This document shows positions 26,838 through 36,291 of a DNA stretch of 64,000 nucleotides, piece after piece. Under the pieces are notes generated by a model. It had not been told where the DNA came from and did no database searches. It was given only the letters and a program-made list of their open reading frames with translations. The DNA comes from an uncultured Planctomycetales bacterium (GTDB lineage: Bacteria; Omnitrophota; Gorgyraeia; Zapsychrales; JANLHA01). A program made the position numbers and the translations under genes. The stretch spans positions 5,977 through 69,976 of the forward strand of contig CAYVEC010000007.1 of NCBI GenBank assembly GCA_964450385.1, in the 5' to 3' direction. Within the stretch, counting starts at the first letter, position 1. Every line of letters starts with the position of its first letter.

Positions 26838-28853
26838 ATGACCGCTGAGTGTTATACGATCGCCCTGGCCGGCAATCCGAATAGCGGGAAGACCACGGTC
26901 TTTAATTATCTCGTCGGAGGGACCGAGACCGTGGGGAACTGGCCTGGGACAACGGTTGAGGTGCGTGAGGGGGTGGCCGAGATCGCGGGCCGCGCTTGCC
27001 GGGTCGTGGACCTGCCGGGGATCTATAGCTTGACGTCTTACTCTGAGGACGAACGGGTCGCGAGCGAGTTTCTTTTTCAGGAACGTCCGGATCTGGTCGT
27101 GTGTATTCTTGACGCCTCGAATCTGGAACGCAGCCTCTACCTTGTCTATCAGCTCCTTGAGATCGGTCAGGATGTCGTTGTCTGTCTTAATAAAATGGAT
27201 CTCGCCCGGCGGCGGGGGATCACGATCGATCGTCACATGATCTCGAGCGTCCTTGGCGTCGCTGTTCATGAATGCGTGGCCGCGCGTGGACAGGGTCTTT
27301 CGGAATTAGAGATGTCGCTCGGACCCGACCGTGGGGGCGCTGCCCAGTCGGCCGTTCATGCGTCGTATGGCGAGATGGAGCCGGTCCTTGAACGTATCGA
27401 GGCGGTTCTTGGCCAATCAGGCGTTGTCTCATGGGTCTCTCATCGAGGGCTGGCGATCAAGCTCCTTGATCAGGATGCCGCGGCCTATCGGTTCCTTGCC
27501 GGGCTGCCCGACGGCGCCCGGATTGTTCATGCAGTGGATGAGATCAAAGGCTCGCGTGGGGATGAGTATGAGGATGCCATGCGGGCGCGGCGCTATGCCT
27601 TTATTAAAGGGCTTGTCGGTGAGTGCGTCGTTAAGGTCATGACCCTCGAGGACATCGTCACCGTCTCAGACCGGATCGACCGAGTGCTGACCCACCGGAT
27701 CCTGGGGTTACCGATCTTTTTAGGGGCGATGTACGGGTTGTTTAAATATGTCTTTGCCCTGGGGGAACCCGCGGTCCGTTTGATTGAGGCCGGGACTGAG
27801 GCCCTATCCCACGCGGCGGCCCCGAGGATCGTCTCGATCGGATTTCCGTCGTGGACAGCGTCCCTCATCGCTGACGGGGTGATCCCGGGGGTGGGGAACG
27901 TGATCGCGTTCTTGCCGTATATCATGCTTCTCTATCTTGGGATCGCCGTGATGCAGGACAGCGGCTACCTCGCGCGGGCGGCGTTCATTATGGACCGCTT
28001 CATGCATGCCTTGGGGCTTCACGGGAAATCATTTATCCCAATGCTGTTGGGATTCGGGTGCACGATCCCTGGGGTGATGGCGGCGCGGACTCTTGCCTCG
28101 CCGAAAGACCGGATTCTTACGATCTTGATCCTGCCGCTCATGAGCTGCGCGGCCCGTCTGCCGGTCTATACCCTTTTTGCCGGGGTCTTTTTTGAGCGGT
28201 ATCAGGGGGTGATCGTTTTTTCACTCTATCTCCTCGGGATCGTTGTCGCGATCGCCGTGGCCAAGGTCTTTCGTCAGTTTGTCTTTTGTGGGGAGACCGC
28301 TCCGTTGATCATGGAATTGCCGCCGTACCGGATTCCTCACGGCCGTGACGTTCTGCGTCATATGTGGATCCAGGCCTGGTTGTTTGTGAAAAAGGCGGGT
28401 ACGATCATCTTCTTTTTTGTGGTGATGACATGGGCGCTCGCGTCGCTGCCCTGGGGGGTGGGCTATGCCTCGGACCAGAGCCTCATCGGCCGGATCGGGG
28501 TGTGGGTGGCGCCGATCTTTCAGCCTGGGGGGTTTGGTTTTTGGCAGGCAGGGGTGGCCCTGTTCTTCGGGGTGATGGCGAAGGAAACGGTTGTCGGGAT
28601 CCTCGCGACTCTTTACGGGGCCGAGGGGGAGGCCTTGTCGTCGGTCCTCGCGCAGGAGTTCTCGCCGGCGGCGGCGTATGCTTTTTTGGTGATGGTAGCC
28701 CTTTACGTGCCGTGTGTCGCGACCCTCGCTGTGGTCCGCAAAGAGATCGGGACCCGGTGGGCCATTGTGAGCGCGGTCTATACGTTTGTCGTGGCCTGGA
28801 CCCTGAGCGCCGCGGCCTATCAGGTGTTATCCCGAACTCTCCTCGCGGGTTGA
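26838..28853 (+). CDS. feoB: Ferrous iron transport protein B (GTPase plus permease)
   Basis: G1 GNPNSGKTT, G-domain then ~8 TM 'gate' motifs; ~670 aa. Confidence 0.95.
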   Translation: MTAECYTIALAGNPNSGKTTVFNYLVGGTETVGNWPGTTVEVREGVAEIAGRACRVVDLPGIYSLTSYSEDERVASEFLFQERPDLVVCILDASNLERSLYLVYQLLEIGQDVVVCLNKMDLARRRGITIDRHMISSVLGVAVHECVAARGQGLSELEMSLGPDRGGAAQSAVHASYGEMEPVLERIEAVLGQSGVVSWVSHRGLAIKLLDQDAAAYRFLAGLPDGARIVHAVDEIKGSRGDEYEDAMRARRYAFIKGLVGECVVKVMTLEDIVTVSDRIDRVLTHRILGLPIFLGAMYGLFKYVFALGEPAVRLIEAGTEALSHAAAPRIVSIGFPSWTASLIADGVIPGVGNVIAFLPYIMLLYLGIAVMQDSGYLARAAFIMDRFMHALGLHGKSFIPMLLGFGCTIPGVMAARTLASPKDRILTILILPLMSCAARLPVYTLFAGVFFERYQGVIVFSLYLLGIVVAIAVAKVFRQFVFCGETAPLIMELPPYRIPHGRDVLRHMWIQAWLFVKKAGTIIFFFVVMTWALASLPWGVGYASDQSLIGRIGVWVAPIFQPGGFGFWQAGVALFFGVMAKETVVGILATLYGAEGEALSSVLAQEFSPAAAYAFLVMVALYVPCVATLAVVRKEIGTRWAIVSAVYTFVVAWTLSAAAYQVLSRTLLAG

Positions 28854-28935
28854 CAGGAAACTTCTTTTTTGTCTTGTCCGCTCCTCCGGAATCTTTTAGA
28901 ATACCATCACATGAGACGATCCACGAAGGAGCGGC

Positions 28936-29889
28936 ATGAAATTAATCATCCAGATCCCCTGTCTTAACGAGGCCGAGAGCCTTCCGGCGACCCTGGCGGA
29001 CCTTCCGCGGCATATCGACGGGATCGATGTGATCGAGACCCTGGTCATTGATGACGGGAGCGGGGACGCCACCTCCGAGGTAGCGCGGGCCCATGGGGTT
29101 CATCATGTGGTGCGTCTGACCAAACAAAAAGGACTCGCGGTCGTTTTTAAGGTCGGGATCGACGCGAGTCTCGCGCGTGGAGCCGACGTCATCGTGAACA
29201 CGGATGCCGACGGCCAGTATAAGGGTGCGGATATTCCCAGATTGGTCGCGCCGATCATGGCCGGGCGCGCGGATATCGTGATCGGGAATCGCGATATTGA
29301 AAGGGTGCGGCAGTTCTCGTGGATCAAGAAACGGCTCCAGCGGCTGGGGAGTGCGGTTGTGCGCCAGCTCTCGGGCGCTCAGATCCCGGACGCCACGACG
29401 GGGTTCCGCGCCTACAGCCGTGAGGCAGCCCTGCGGCTCAATATTATTTCCGAGTACACCTACACGATCGAGTCGATCATACAGGCCGGGCACAAGGGCC
29501 TCGCGATCGAAAATATCACGATCCAGACGAATGATGTTCATCGCCCGTCGCGTCTTTTTAAAAGCATCCCGCAGTACATCCGTCGTTCGTTGATCACTAT
29601 GGTCCGTGTCTGGGCGATGTTCAATCCGATGCGGATGTTTTTGAACGCCGGTGTGATCTGCCTGTGTATCGGCGGGCTCGTGGTCTGGCGGTTTCTTCTG
29701 CTGTTTTGGGCCGGGAAGGGACAAGGCAATATTCAGTCGCTGATCCTCGCCTCGGTGTTTCTCATCAGCGGGATCCAGTTCATCGTGATCGGGCTTGTCG
29801 CGGACCTCATGTCTGCGAACCGCCGCCTCATCGAGGATGTGCTTCTGCGTGTGAAAAAAATCGAGTTGTCCCGAGATCGTCCTTCTTAA
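28936..29889 (+). CDS. GT2 polyprenyl-phosphate sugar transferase (ArnC/GtrB/DPM1-like) with two C-terminal TM helices
   Basis: IPCLNE...DDGSGD...NTDADGQY...GNR GT-A motifs. Confidence 0.8.
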   Translation: MKLIIQIPCLNEAESLPATLADLPRHIDGIDVIETLVIDDGSGDATSEVARAHGVHHVVRLTKQKGLAVVFKVGIDASLARGADVIVNTDADGQYKGADIPRLVAPIMAGRADIVIGNRDIERVRQFSWIKKRLQRLGSAVVRQLSGAQIPDATTGFRAYSREAALRLNIISEYTYTIESIIQAGHKGLAIENITIQTNDVHRPSRLFKSIPQYIRRSLITMVRVWAMFNPMRMFLNAGVICLCIGGLVVWRFLLLFWAGKGQGNIQSLILASVFLISGIQFIVIGLVADLMSANRRLIEDVLLRVKKIELSRDRPS

Positions 29890-29926
29890 GGACGAGGGTT
29901 TTCACGCCTCTCCGTTTTTTCACCGA

Positions 29927-31354
29927 TCAAAAATAACACATATTATTGGGAAAACTGACAACCGCGTTCAGGAGAGCGGTCTTCATGACGGCATAGAGGA
30001 TCACGGCCGCGAGGCTGCCTTTGACAGCCAGCCGGGGCACGAGGTGCTCGAGGCGGTTGGCCGCGTCCCAGGCCTTTACGATCATGTGGCTGCTCAAGAG
30101 CAGCATGAACGGGATCGACGGCAGGATGTAGCGTGATTGAAAATTCCCCCAGAGGATGAAAAAGATGATGATCGCTCCGGCCGAAAGGCGGATGAGGCCG
30201 CTTTCTTTGGGGTCCCGTGGATGAAAGGTGAACAACCCGATGAATCCGAAGAGATACACGAGGTTAAATTCGATGAGCCGTCCGAAATAAAAGACGGGCG
30301 GTTCATAGCGGAAAAAACTCTGTTGCCACGTTGTGGTCGGCGCGTGGTCGATCGAGAGGCTGTTCAGGATAAAAGTCTTCAGGACCGCGTGGGCGAGCAG
30401 GATCGCGATGACATAGCTTGTATATTGCAAGAGGTCGCGAGATCTCGGGGTTCGGACCGCCGCAGGGGTGCTTGTTTTTTTGACCTTGGTGATGACAAGG
30501 GAAAGGAGGGCAAGGATCACGAAAGCCACCATGATCACTGCGGCCTGTTGGCCGATGAGATTCACCAGGGCGAGGACCTCGTCGTGATGCGAGACCTCAG
30601 AGAGGATATTATTGCTGCCGTACACTGCGACATTCCACAAGATCCATGGGGTGAGCATGAGGATCGGCAGGGCCATGCTGATCCGGAAGACGGGTTGTCT
30701 GAAGAGTCCTCGGTTGTAAAGAACGGCATAGCCGATAAAGACGACCAGGATCAGGCCGGCACTGTATTTTGTATTGATGGCGAGCCCGGTTGCGATTCCG
30801 GCTACGACAAAGCCTCCTGGGGCGTTCTTTATGACAGCCCAGGCAAACCCCGTCACGGCCAGAAGGGTGAAGAAGGCGATCATTGAATCCGGCCAGATCT
30901 TTTGAGAGCAGATGATCGAGACTGGGTCCATCCAGAGGAGCAGGGCGGCGAGGAGGCCGATCGAGCGGCTAAAGACGAGCGAACCCAAGAGGTAGATCAC
31001 GGGTATGGCAAGGACTCCCATGATCAGGGAGGGGAGGATGGCATATTTGAAGTGCGTTCCTAAAAGGCGGAAGGTCCCGGCTATCGCGGCCGTGAAGACC
31101 GGGGGGTGTTTATAGAGCGGGGCAAAAAAGTAGTCAGGAAGCGGCCGGCCGGTTGAGGCCAAATCATGGCCATAGGCGATCGTGTTGTAGGCGTAGGGAT
31201 TTTCTCTCATCTGCCGGGCCATGCGCGCGTAAACGATCTCATCGATCGTCCAGTTGCGGCTCTTTTGGACATTATCCCATCGGATGACGAAGGCAGAGAC
31301 GGCGAGCGCGAGGAGAACGGCGAAGGTAAAAAGTTTGGAAAATAGTGGCTTCAT
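29927..31354 (-). CDS. ArnT/PMT-like (GT39/GT83) polyprenyl-phosphate-dependent membrane glycosyltransferase
   Basis: ~12 TM helices, N-terminal DE/periplasmic-loop pattern typical of GT-C enzymes; convergent with the GT2 gene. Confidence 0.65.
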   Translation of the reverse strand: MKPLFSKLFTFAVLLALAVSAFVIRWDNVQKSRNWTIDEIVYARMARQMRENPYAYNTIAYGHDLASTGRPLPDYFFAPLYKHPPVFTAAIAGTFRLLGTHFKYAILPSLIMGVLAIPVIYLLGSLVFSRSIGLLAALLLWMDPVSIICSQKIWPDSMIAFFTLLAVTGFAWAVIKNAPGGFVVAGIATGLAINTKYSAGLILVVFIGYAVLYNRGLFRQPVFRISMALPILMLTPWILWNVAVYGSNNILSEVSHHDEVLALVNLIGQQAAVIMVAFVILALLSLVITKVKKTSTPAAVRTPRSRDLLQYTSYVIAILLAHAVLKTFILNSLSIDHAPTTTWQQSFFRYEPPVFYFGRLIEFNLVYLFGFIGLFTFHPRDPKESGLIRLSAGAIIIFFILWGNFQSRYILPSIPFMLLLSSHMIVKAWDAANRLEHLVPRLAVKGSLAAVILYAVMKTALLNAVVSFPNNMCYF

Positions 31355-31605
31355 AGGAGTTATGTTATTTTTACGATCCTATGAGACCATACCACGGGTG
31401 GCTGGAAAAATCAACAGGGATCTCGACGATTTTTTGTGTGCGGCTGGAGTTTTTTAACTGACCGGGAATTAAAAATGTTGACAAAGTAAACATTATGTAT
31501 ACAATTTGGTAGTAACGTCGCATCATGATTTTATCGTGTTCACGCGATGGCGGTTTGTTAACGTTTTGTTTACATCACCATAAGAGTAGGCGCAGCGAGG
31601 GCGAT

Positions 31606-32067
31606 ATGTTCGGGACAAATCTGAAGAGAATTCGACAGAAGAAAAAACTCACCCAAAAAGATTTGGCCGGTAAACTCGGGGTCTCCCGCCAGGCGATCTG
31701 TCTGTGGGAGGCGAACAAGAGAGAACTTAAAGCATCTATTCTTAAAGATCTTGCACGGATTTTAGGTGTGAAGACTGAGGAACTTATGCGGGCAGAGTCA
31801 GGCGTGAACGGTAGCCGAATCCCTTTTGAGTGGATCGGCCCTGAGTCGCGCGAGGTCTTTTTGGTGGGGGATTTTACGGGATGGAAGCCGACGATCCCGT
31901 TGCGCAGGATGAAGAATGGAATCTGGCGGCGGAATGTGACCTTGCCTCGGCCTGGCCGGTATGAATATAAGTTTGTTGTTGATGGACAGTGGCAGATCGA
32001 CCCTAAAAATGCCGATACCATCCTTAATCAATTCGGCACATTGAATTCGGTGAAGGAGTTGACCTAA
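31606..32067 (+). CDS. XRE-family HTH regulator fused to a CBM48/AMPK-beta-type glycogen-binding domain
   Basis: N-terminal LKRIRQKKKLTQKDLAGKLGVSRQAICLWEANKR (HTH_3), C-terminal ...VFLVGDFTGWKP...RYEYKFVVDGQWQIDP... (CBM48/E-set). Confidence 0.7.
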   Translation: MFGTNLKRIRQKKKLTQKDLAGKLGVSRQAICLWEANKRELKASILKDLARILGVKTEELMRAESGVNGSRIPFEWIGPESREVFLVGDFTGWKPTIPLRRMKNGIWRRNVTLPRPGRYEYKFVVDGQWQIDPKNADTILNQFGTLNSVKELT

Positions 32068-32068
32068 G

Positions 32069-33226
32069 ATGCGGATCGCGTTGCTATCCTGGGAGGCGGT
32101 TCATTCGATCTATGTGGGAGGTGTGGCCTTTCATGTGACCGAACTCGCCTGCGCGTTACAGCGTAAGGGCCATGAGGTCCACGTCTTTACCCGGATGGGG
32201 AAACCTGATCATCCGCGTTATGAGCGGATCCATGGGGTTCATTATCATCGCTGTCCGTTCGGGGCGAATCTTGATTTTGTCGAAGAGATCCATAATATGT
32301 CCCGCGCCTTTTGCGATGCCTTCTTCTTTACTGAGGACAGGGTAGGCCACTTTGACGTGGTCCATGCCCATGACTGGCTCGCGGCGCCGGCCATGTATTG
32401 GATCAAACAGGGGCGCGGCAACCATACTGTTTTTACGATCCACTCGACCGAATACGGCCGCTGCGGAAATAATTTTTACGGCGGCAATTCCGAACGGATC
32501 CGTCATATTGAATGGAAGGCCTGTTATGAGGCCGACAGCGTGATCGCGGTCTCGCATTCGCTGAAGAACGAGGTGCAGTGGATCTACGGCGTTCCGGATT
32601 CGAAAGTGGATGTCGTCTACAACGGCATCGATTATCAAAAGTTTGATGGCTGGGTCGAGCCGGCCGCGGTGAAGAAGATGTATGATATCGGGCCGATGGA
32701 CCCGATGGTCCTTTTTGTCGGACGCATGGTCTATCAGAAGGGGGTCGACCTCCTGGTGAGCGCGATCCCGCATGTCTTGTCGTACTATCCGAATGCGAAG
32801 TTCGTCTTTGCCGGCGACGGAGAGATGCGCGGTCAGGTCGAGGAGCAGTCCGTGAGGATAGGGGTCAAACACGCCTGCCGGTTTTTGGGTCATGTCAACG
32901 GATGGCGCTTAAAGGATCTGTTTAAATCCACGGACTGTGTCTGTGTGCCGAGCCGGAACGAGCCGTTTGGGATCGTGATCCTTGAGGCCTGGAGCGCGGG
33001 CAAGCCTGTTGTGGCGAGCGCGAATGGCGGGCCCTCCGAGATCGTCTGGCATGAGATCAATGGACTTAAGATCGCGGACAATCCTGAGTCGATTGCCTGG
33101 GGGATCGGGTCATTGTTCGAGGATTTTGATGACGCCCGATGGATGGGCAGCAATGGACGGATTGCGGCTGAGTCGGTTTTTTCATGGGATATCATCGCGG
33201 ATGAGGTCGTTTCGATTTATGGGTAA
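32069..33226 (+). CDS. Archaeal-type glycogen (alpha-glucan) synthase, GT4/GT5-like
   Basis: MRIALLSWEAVHSIYVGGVAFHVTELACALQRKGHEVHVFT...HDW...FTIH...NGID...EPFGIVILEA matches the Pyrococcus-type GS signature. Confidence 0.6.
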   Translation: MRIALLSWEAVHSIYVGGVAFHVTELACALQRKGHEVHVFTRMGKPDHPRYERIHGVHYHRCPFGANLDFVEEIHNMSRAFCDAFFFTEDRVGHFDVVHAHDWLAAPAMYWIKQGRGNHTVFTIHSTEYGRCGNNFYGGNSERIRHIEWKACYEADSVIAVSHSLKNEVQWIYGVPDSKVDVVYNGIDYQKFDGWVEPAAVKKMYDIGPMDPMVLFVGRMVYQKGVDLLVSAIPHVLSYYPNAKFVFAGDGEMRGQVEEQSVRIGVKHACRFLGHVNGWRLKDLFKSTDCVCVPSRNEPFGIVILEAWSAGKPVVASANGGPSEIVWHEINGLKIADNPESIAWGIGSLFEDFDDARWMGSNGRIAAESVFSWDIIADEVVSIYG

Positions 33227-33244
33227 GGAGAAGGAGCTGTAAGG

Positions 33245-34606
33245 GTGGCAGAGCGAGCGAAGAAAAAGACAGCGGCAGTGAAGAAGGCTGCTACGACGAG
33301 GGTCAAGAGCGCGTCCAAAACGGTTCGGAAGTCTGAGGTCAAAAAGACGCCGGCCGCGGTAAAGGCAGCAGCCCGGCCGCGGAAGGCCTCGGCGATCGCG
33401 GCCGCGATGGCCACGGCCATTGATCGGATCGATCCGTCGAAGACGGCGGTGACGAACCCACGGCTGAACGGGATGATCCGTGAGAATCTCTCCCATGCCT
33501 CACGTGCACGCAAGGCAGTTTTCGTTGACAGCGAGATGATGCCGGACAATTATGGTTCAACAAGCATTACCCTTTTGGCGCGCGATCCCCACTGGGTCCA
33601 TGCCTATTGGGAGGTTGCTCCGGCCGCGGTGGGTGAGGCCTGCGCGCGTCTTGGTCTGGAGCAGGGGCACACTGCGTGGGTTCTGAGGATGTACGATGTG
33701 ACCCTGATCAACTTTAATGGCCAGAATGCCCATCATTGGTTCGATGTCGAGGTCGGTCCTGACGCGAATAATTGGTATGTAAATCTCTGGAGTGATCACG
33801 TCACTTATTGCGCGGAGATCGGGGTGAGGGCGCCGGACGGGCGTTTTGAAGCGCTCGCGCGTTCGAATGCTGTCACGACCCCGCGTGAATATATTTCTGC
33901 TCGGAACGAACTTGTCTGGATGGAGGTGGTGCAGCCTGAGGGTGAAGAGCCCGTGACCGCCGAACCATATGTCTACGCGAGCGGGAGCTGGGTTGAGGAT
34001 GAGGCGGAGGGGAAGGAAGGGGTTGCCGCGGCCCGACGGGGTAAGGGCCGGAGGTTCCGGATCTATCTTACGGAGGAGGACATCCGCGCCTATTATGCCC
34101 GGCTCTTTCCGCTGCTCCGGCGGATCTTGTCGCGACGGCGTCGAAAATCCACGCGAAAGACTATTGATACCGGCGATGCGGACCTGTTATTGGAAGAGCT
34201 CGAAGACATGGACCTGCCGGGGTACAGCTATTTTCGAAAAATACTCCTGGGCGCGTCCGAAGAGGCCTGGCTCCGCGGCCGCGGGCAGCGTGCCGGCCAG
34301 CCCGGCGGGGCGAGTGAGGAACTTGTTTCGTCCTGGACCACATCCCAGGCGCCGGCGAAGCCCGAGGGGTTTTTCTTCGAACTCGGGACCGAATTGATCG
34401 TTTACGGCCGGACCGAACCGGATGCCACGGTGACGTGGCACGGGCGGCCCGTGGCCCTTCGTCCCGACGGGACGTTTACCCTGCGGATGGCCCTGCCGAC
34501 CGATACGCACATTCCGTTGGATTTTAAAGCGGTTTCATTCAATCAGCGGCATCAGCGCCTGATCACGACCGCTGCTAACCGTGAGAAGACTGAATACGCG
34601 GAGTGA
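33245..34606 (+). CDS. DUF4912-like protein with N-terminal Lys/Ala-rich histone-H1-like tail
   Basis: N-terminus AKKKTAAVKKAATTRVKSASKTVRK...; core ...LLARDPHWVHAYWEV...; in operon with GH57 genes. Confidence 0.5.
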   Translation: MAERAKKKTAAVKKAATTRVKSASKTVRKSEVKKTPAAVKAAARPRKASAIAAAMATAIDRIDPSKTAVTNPRLNGMIRENLSHASRARKAVFVDSEMMPDNYGSTSITLLARDPHWVHAYWEVAPAAVGEACARLGLEQGHTAWVLRMYDVTLINFNGQNAHHWFDVEVGPDANNWYVNLWSDHVTYCAEIGVRAPDGRFEALARSNAVTTPREYISARNELVWMEVVQPEGEEPVTAEPYVYASGSWVEDEAEGKEGVAAARRGKGRRFRIYLTEEDIRAYYARLFPLLRRILSRRRRKSTRKTIDTGDADLLLEELEDMDLPGYSYFRKILLGASEEAWLRGRGQRAGQPGGASEELVSSWTTSQAPAKPEGFFFELGTELIVYGRTEPDATVTWHGRPVALRPDGTFTLRMALPTDTHIPLDFKAVSFNQRHQRLITTAANREKTEYAE

Positions 34607-34668
34607 GCCTCGGGGCGGTGCCGGAGAGACGTGTCGTGCCGGTGGCACGTAAACAGAAGTTATAGATC

Positions 34669-36270
34669 ATGCCCAAAGGATATCTTGCGTTAGTCTTGCA
34701 CGCCCATCTGCCGTTTGTCCGTCATCCTGAGGAAGAGTATTTTCTCGAAGAGAATTGGTTGTACGAGGCCATTACCGAGACCTACATTCCCTTACTGCAC
34801 GTCTTTGATCAGTTGACCCGCGAGCGGGTTCGGTTCCGGGTGACGATGTCGCTCACGCCGCCGCTCATCAGCATGCTCCAGGACCCACTCCTTCAGGACC
34901 GGTATATTCGTCATCTCGACCGGCTGATCGAACTTTCAGAACGCGAGATTCATCGGACGGGATATGAGGCCCACTATCATGGTTTGGCCCTGATGTACAA
35001 TCACCGTTTTCGTGAATACAAAAAATATTTTGTTGATGGGGTCCAGCGGGATTTGATCGCGGCCTTTAAGTATTTTCAGGATGCCGGGGTCCTCGAGATC
35101 ATTACCTGCTGCGCGACCCACGGGTTTCTTCCGATCCTCGGTGTCAATCCGAAGGCCGCTGAGGCGCAGGTGAAGATCGCGGTTGAGCATTATAAAAAGA
35201 CGTTTGACCGTCAGCCGAGGGGGATCTGGCTGCCGGAATGTGGGTTTTTGCCCGGGGTGGATGAGATCGTGCGTGATGCCGGGGTCCGGTATTTCTTTGT
35301 GGATTCGCACGGGATCATTAACGCGGATCCGCGGCCGCGCTATAGTGTCTATGCCCCGCTCTATACCCCGGCGGGGGTCGCGGCCTTCGGCCGTGACTGG
35401 GAATCTTCGAAGCAGGTCTGGAGCGCGCAGGAGGGTTACCCCGGGGATGTGGATTATCGTGAGTATTACCGCGACATCGGGCATGAACTCGAGTATGAAT
35501 ATATCCGGCCGTTCATCCATCCGTCGGGGTTGCGGGTGAATACCGGGATGAAATACTGGCGCATCACCGGACGCACGGAATATAAGGAGGCGTACCGGCC
35601 GGACTGGGCCCGTCAGAAGGCGGCCCAGCATGCTGGGCATTTTATGTTCAATCGCGAGAAGCAGGTCGAACATGTGGCGGCCCACATGGACCGTAAGCCG
35701 ATCATTGTGGCCCCGTATGATGCCGAGCTTTATGGGCACTGGTGGTACGAGGGCCCGATGTTCCTTGATTTCTTGTTCCGTAAGATGCATTATGATCAGG
35801 ATACGGTGAAGACGATCACGCCGTCGGAATATCTGACCGAATATCCCACGAACCAGATGGCGATGCCGTCCACCTCAAGCTGGGGATATAAAGGATACAG
35901 TGAGTACTGGCTCGAGGGCGGCAATGACTGGATCTATCGGCATATCCATAAGGCCGGGGAACGGATGGTCGAGCTCGCCGGGAAATTCAAGGCCAAGCTG
36001 TCGCCGCGGAGCAAACCTTCGCTAGTCAAGCGGGCCTTGAACCAGGCGGCGCGGGAACTTCTCCTCGCTGAGGCAAGCGACTGGCCGTTCATCATGAAGT
36101 CCGGGACCATGGTCCCCTACGCCAACCGCCGGGTGCGGCTTCATATCGCGCGTTTCACCCGGCTGTATGATGATCTGTTGAAGAACACGATTGACGAGGA
36201 CTGGCTCGCCGAGGTGGAATGGCGGGACAATATTTTTTCTCAGATCGATTGCGCCAAATATTATCTCTAA
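34669..36270 (+). CDS. GH57-family 1,4-alpha-glucan branching enzyme
   Basis: N-terminus MPKGYLALVLHAHLPFVRHPE... and catalytic regions typical of GH57 GBE (Thermus/Thermococcus type); ~533 aa. Confidence 0.8.
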   Translation: MPKGYLALVLHAHLPFVRHPEEEYFLEENWLYEAITETYIPLLHVFDQLTRERVRFRVTMSLTPPLISMLQDPLLQDRYIRHLDRLIELSEREIHRTGYEAHYHGLALMYNHRFREYKKYFVDGVQRDLIAAFKYFQDAGVLEIITCCATHGFLPILGVNPKAAEAQVKIAVEHYKKTFDRQPRGIWLPECGFLPGVDEIVRDAGVRYFFVDSHGIINADPRPRYSVYAPLYTPAGVAAFGRDWESSKQVWSAQEGYPGDVDYREYYRDIGHELEYEYIRPFIHPSGLRVNTGMKYWRITGRTEYKEAYRPDWARQKAAQHAGHFMFNREKQVEHVAAHMDRKPIIVAPYDAELYGHWWYEGPMFLDFLFRKMHYDQDTVKTITPSEYLTEYPTNQMAMPSTSSWGYKGYSEYWLEGGNDWIYRHIHKAGERMVELAGKFKAKLSPRSKPSLVKRALNQAARELLLAEASDWPFIMKSGTMVPYANRRVRLHIARFTRLYDDLLKNTIDEDWLAEVEWRDNIFSQIDCAKYYL

Positions 36271-36291
36271 CGAGCGAAGGAGACAGAACGT

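Noticed and set aside
13998-28853. A magnetosome-type island, suggested by co-occurrence of mbfA, feoAB, DtxR and PEP-CTERM
   Set aside because: No mam/mms genes (mamA/B/E/K/M/O/P/Q) are present. The iron genes are ordinary homeostasis components.
28364-28939. A + strand 191-aa ORF overlapping the 3' part of feoB in another frame
   Set aside because: It is out of frame with and internal to feoB. Its composition is Gly/Arg-rich and low-complexity.
30137-30886. A + strand 249-aa Asp/Glu-rich ORF opposite the ArnT-like gene
   Set aside because: It is a shadow ORF of a 12-TM membrane protein gene. An acidic low-complexity product is the typical antisense translation of a hydrophobic-codon-rich gene.
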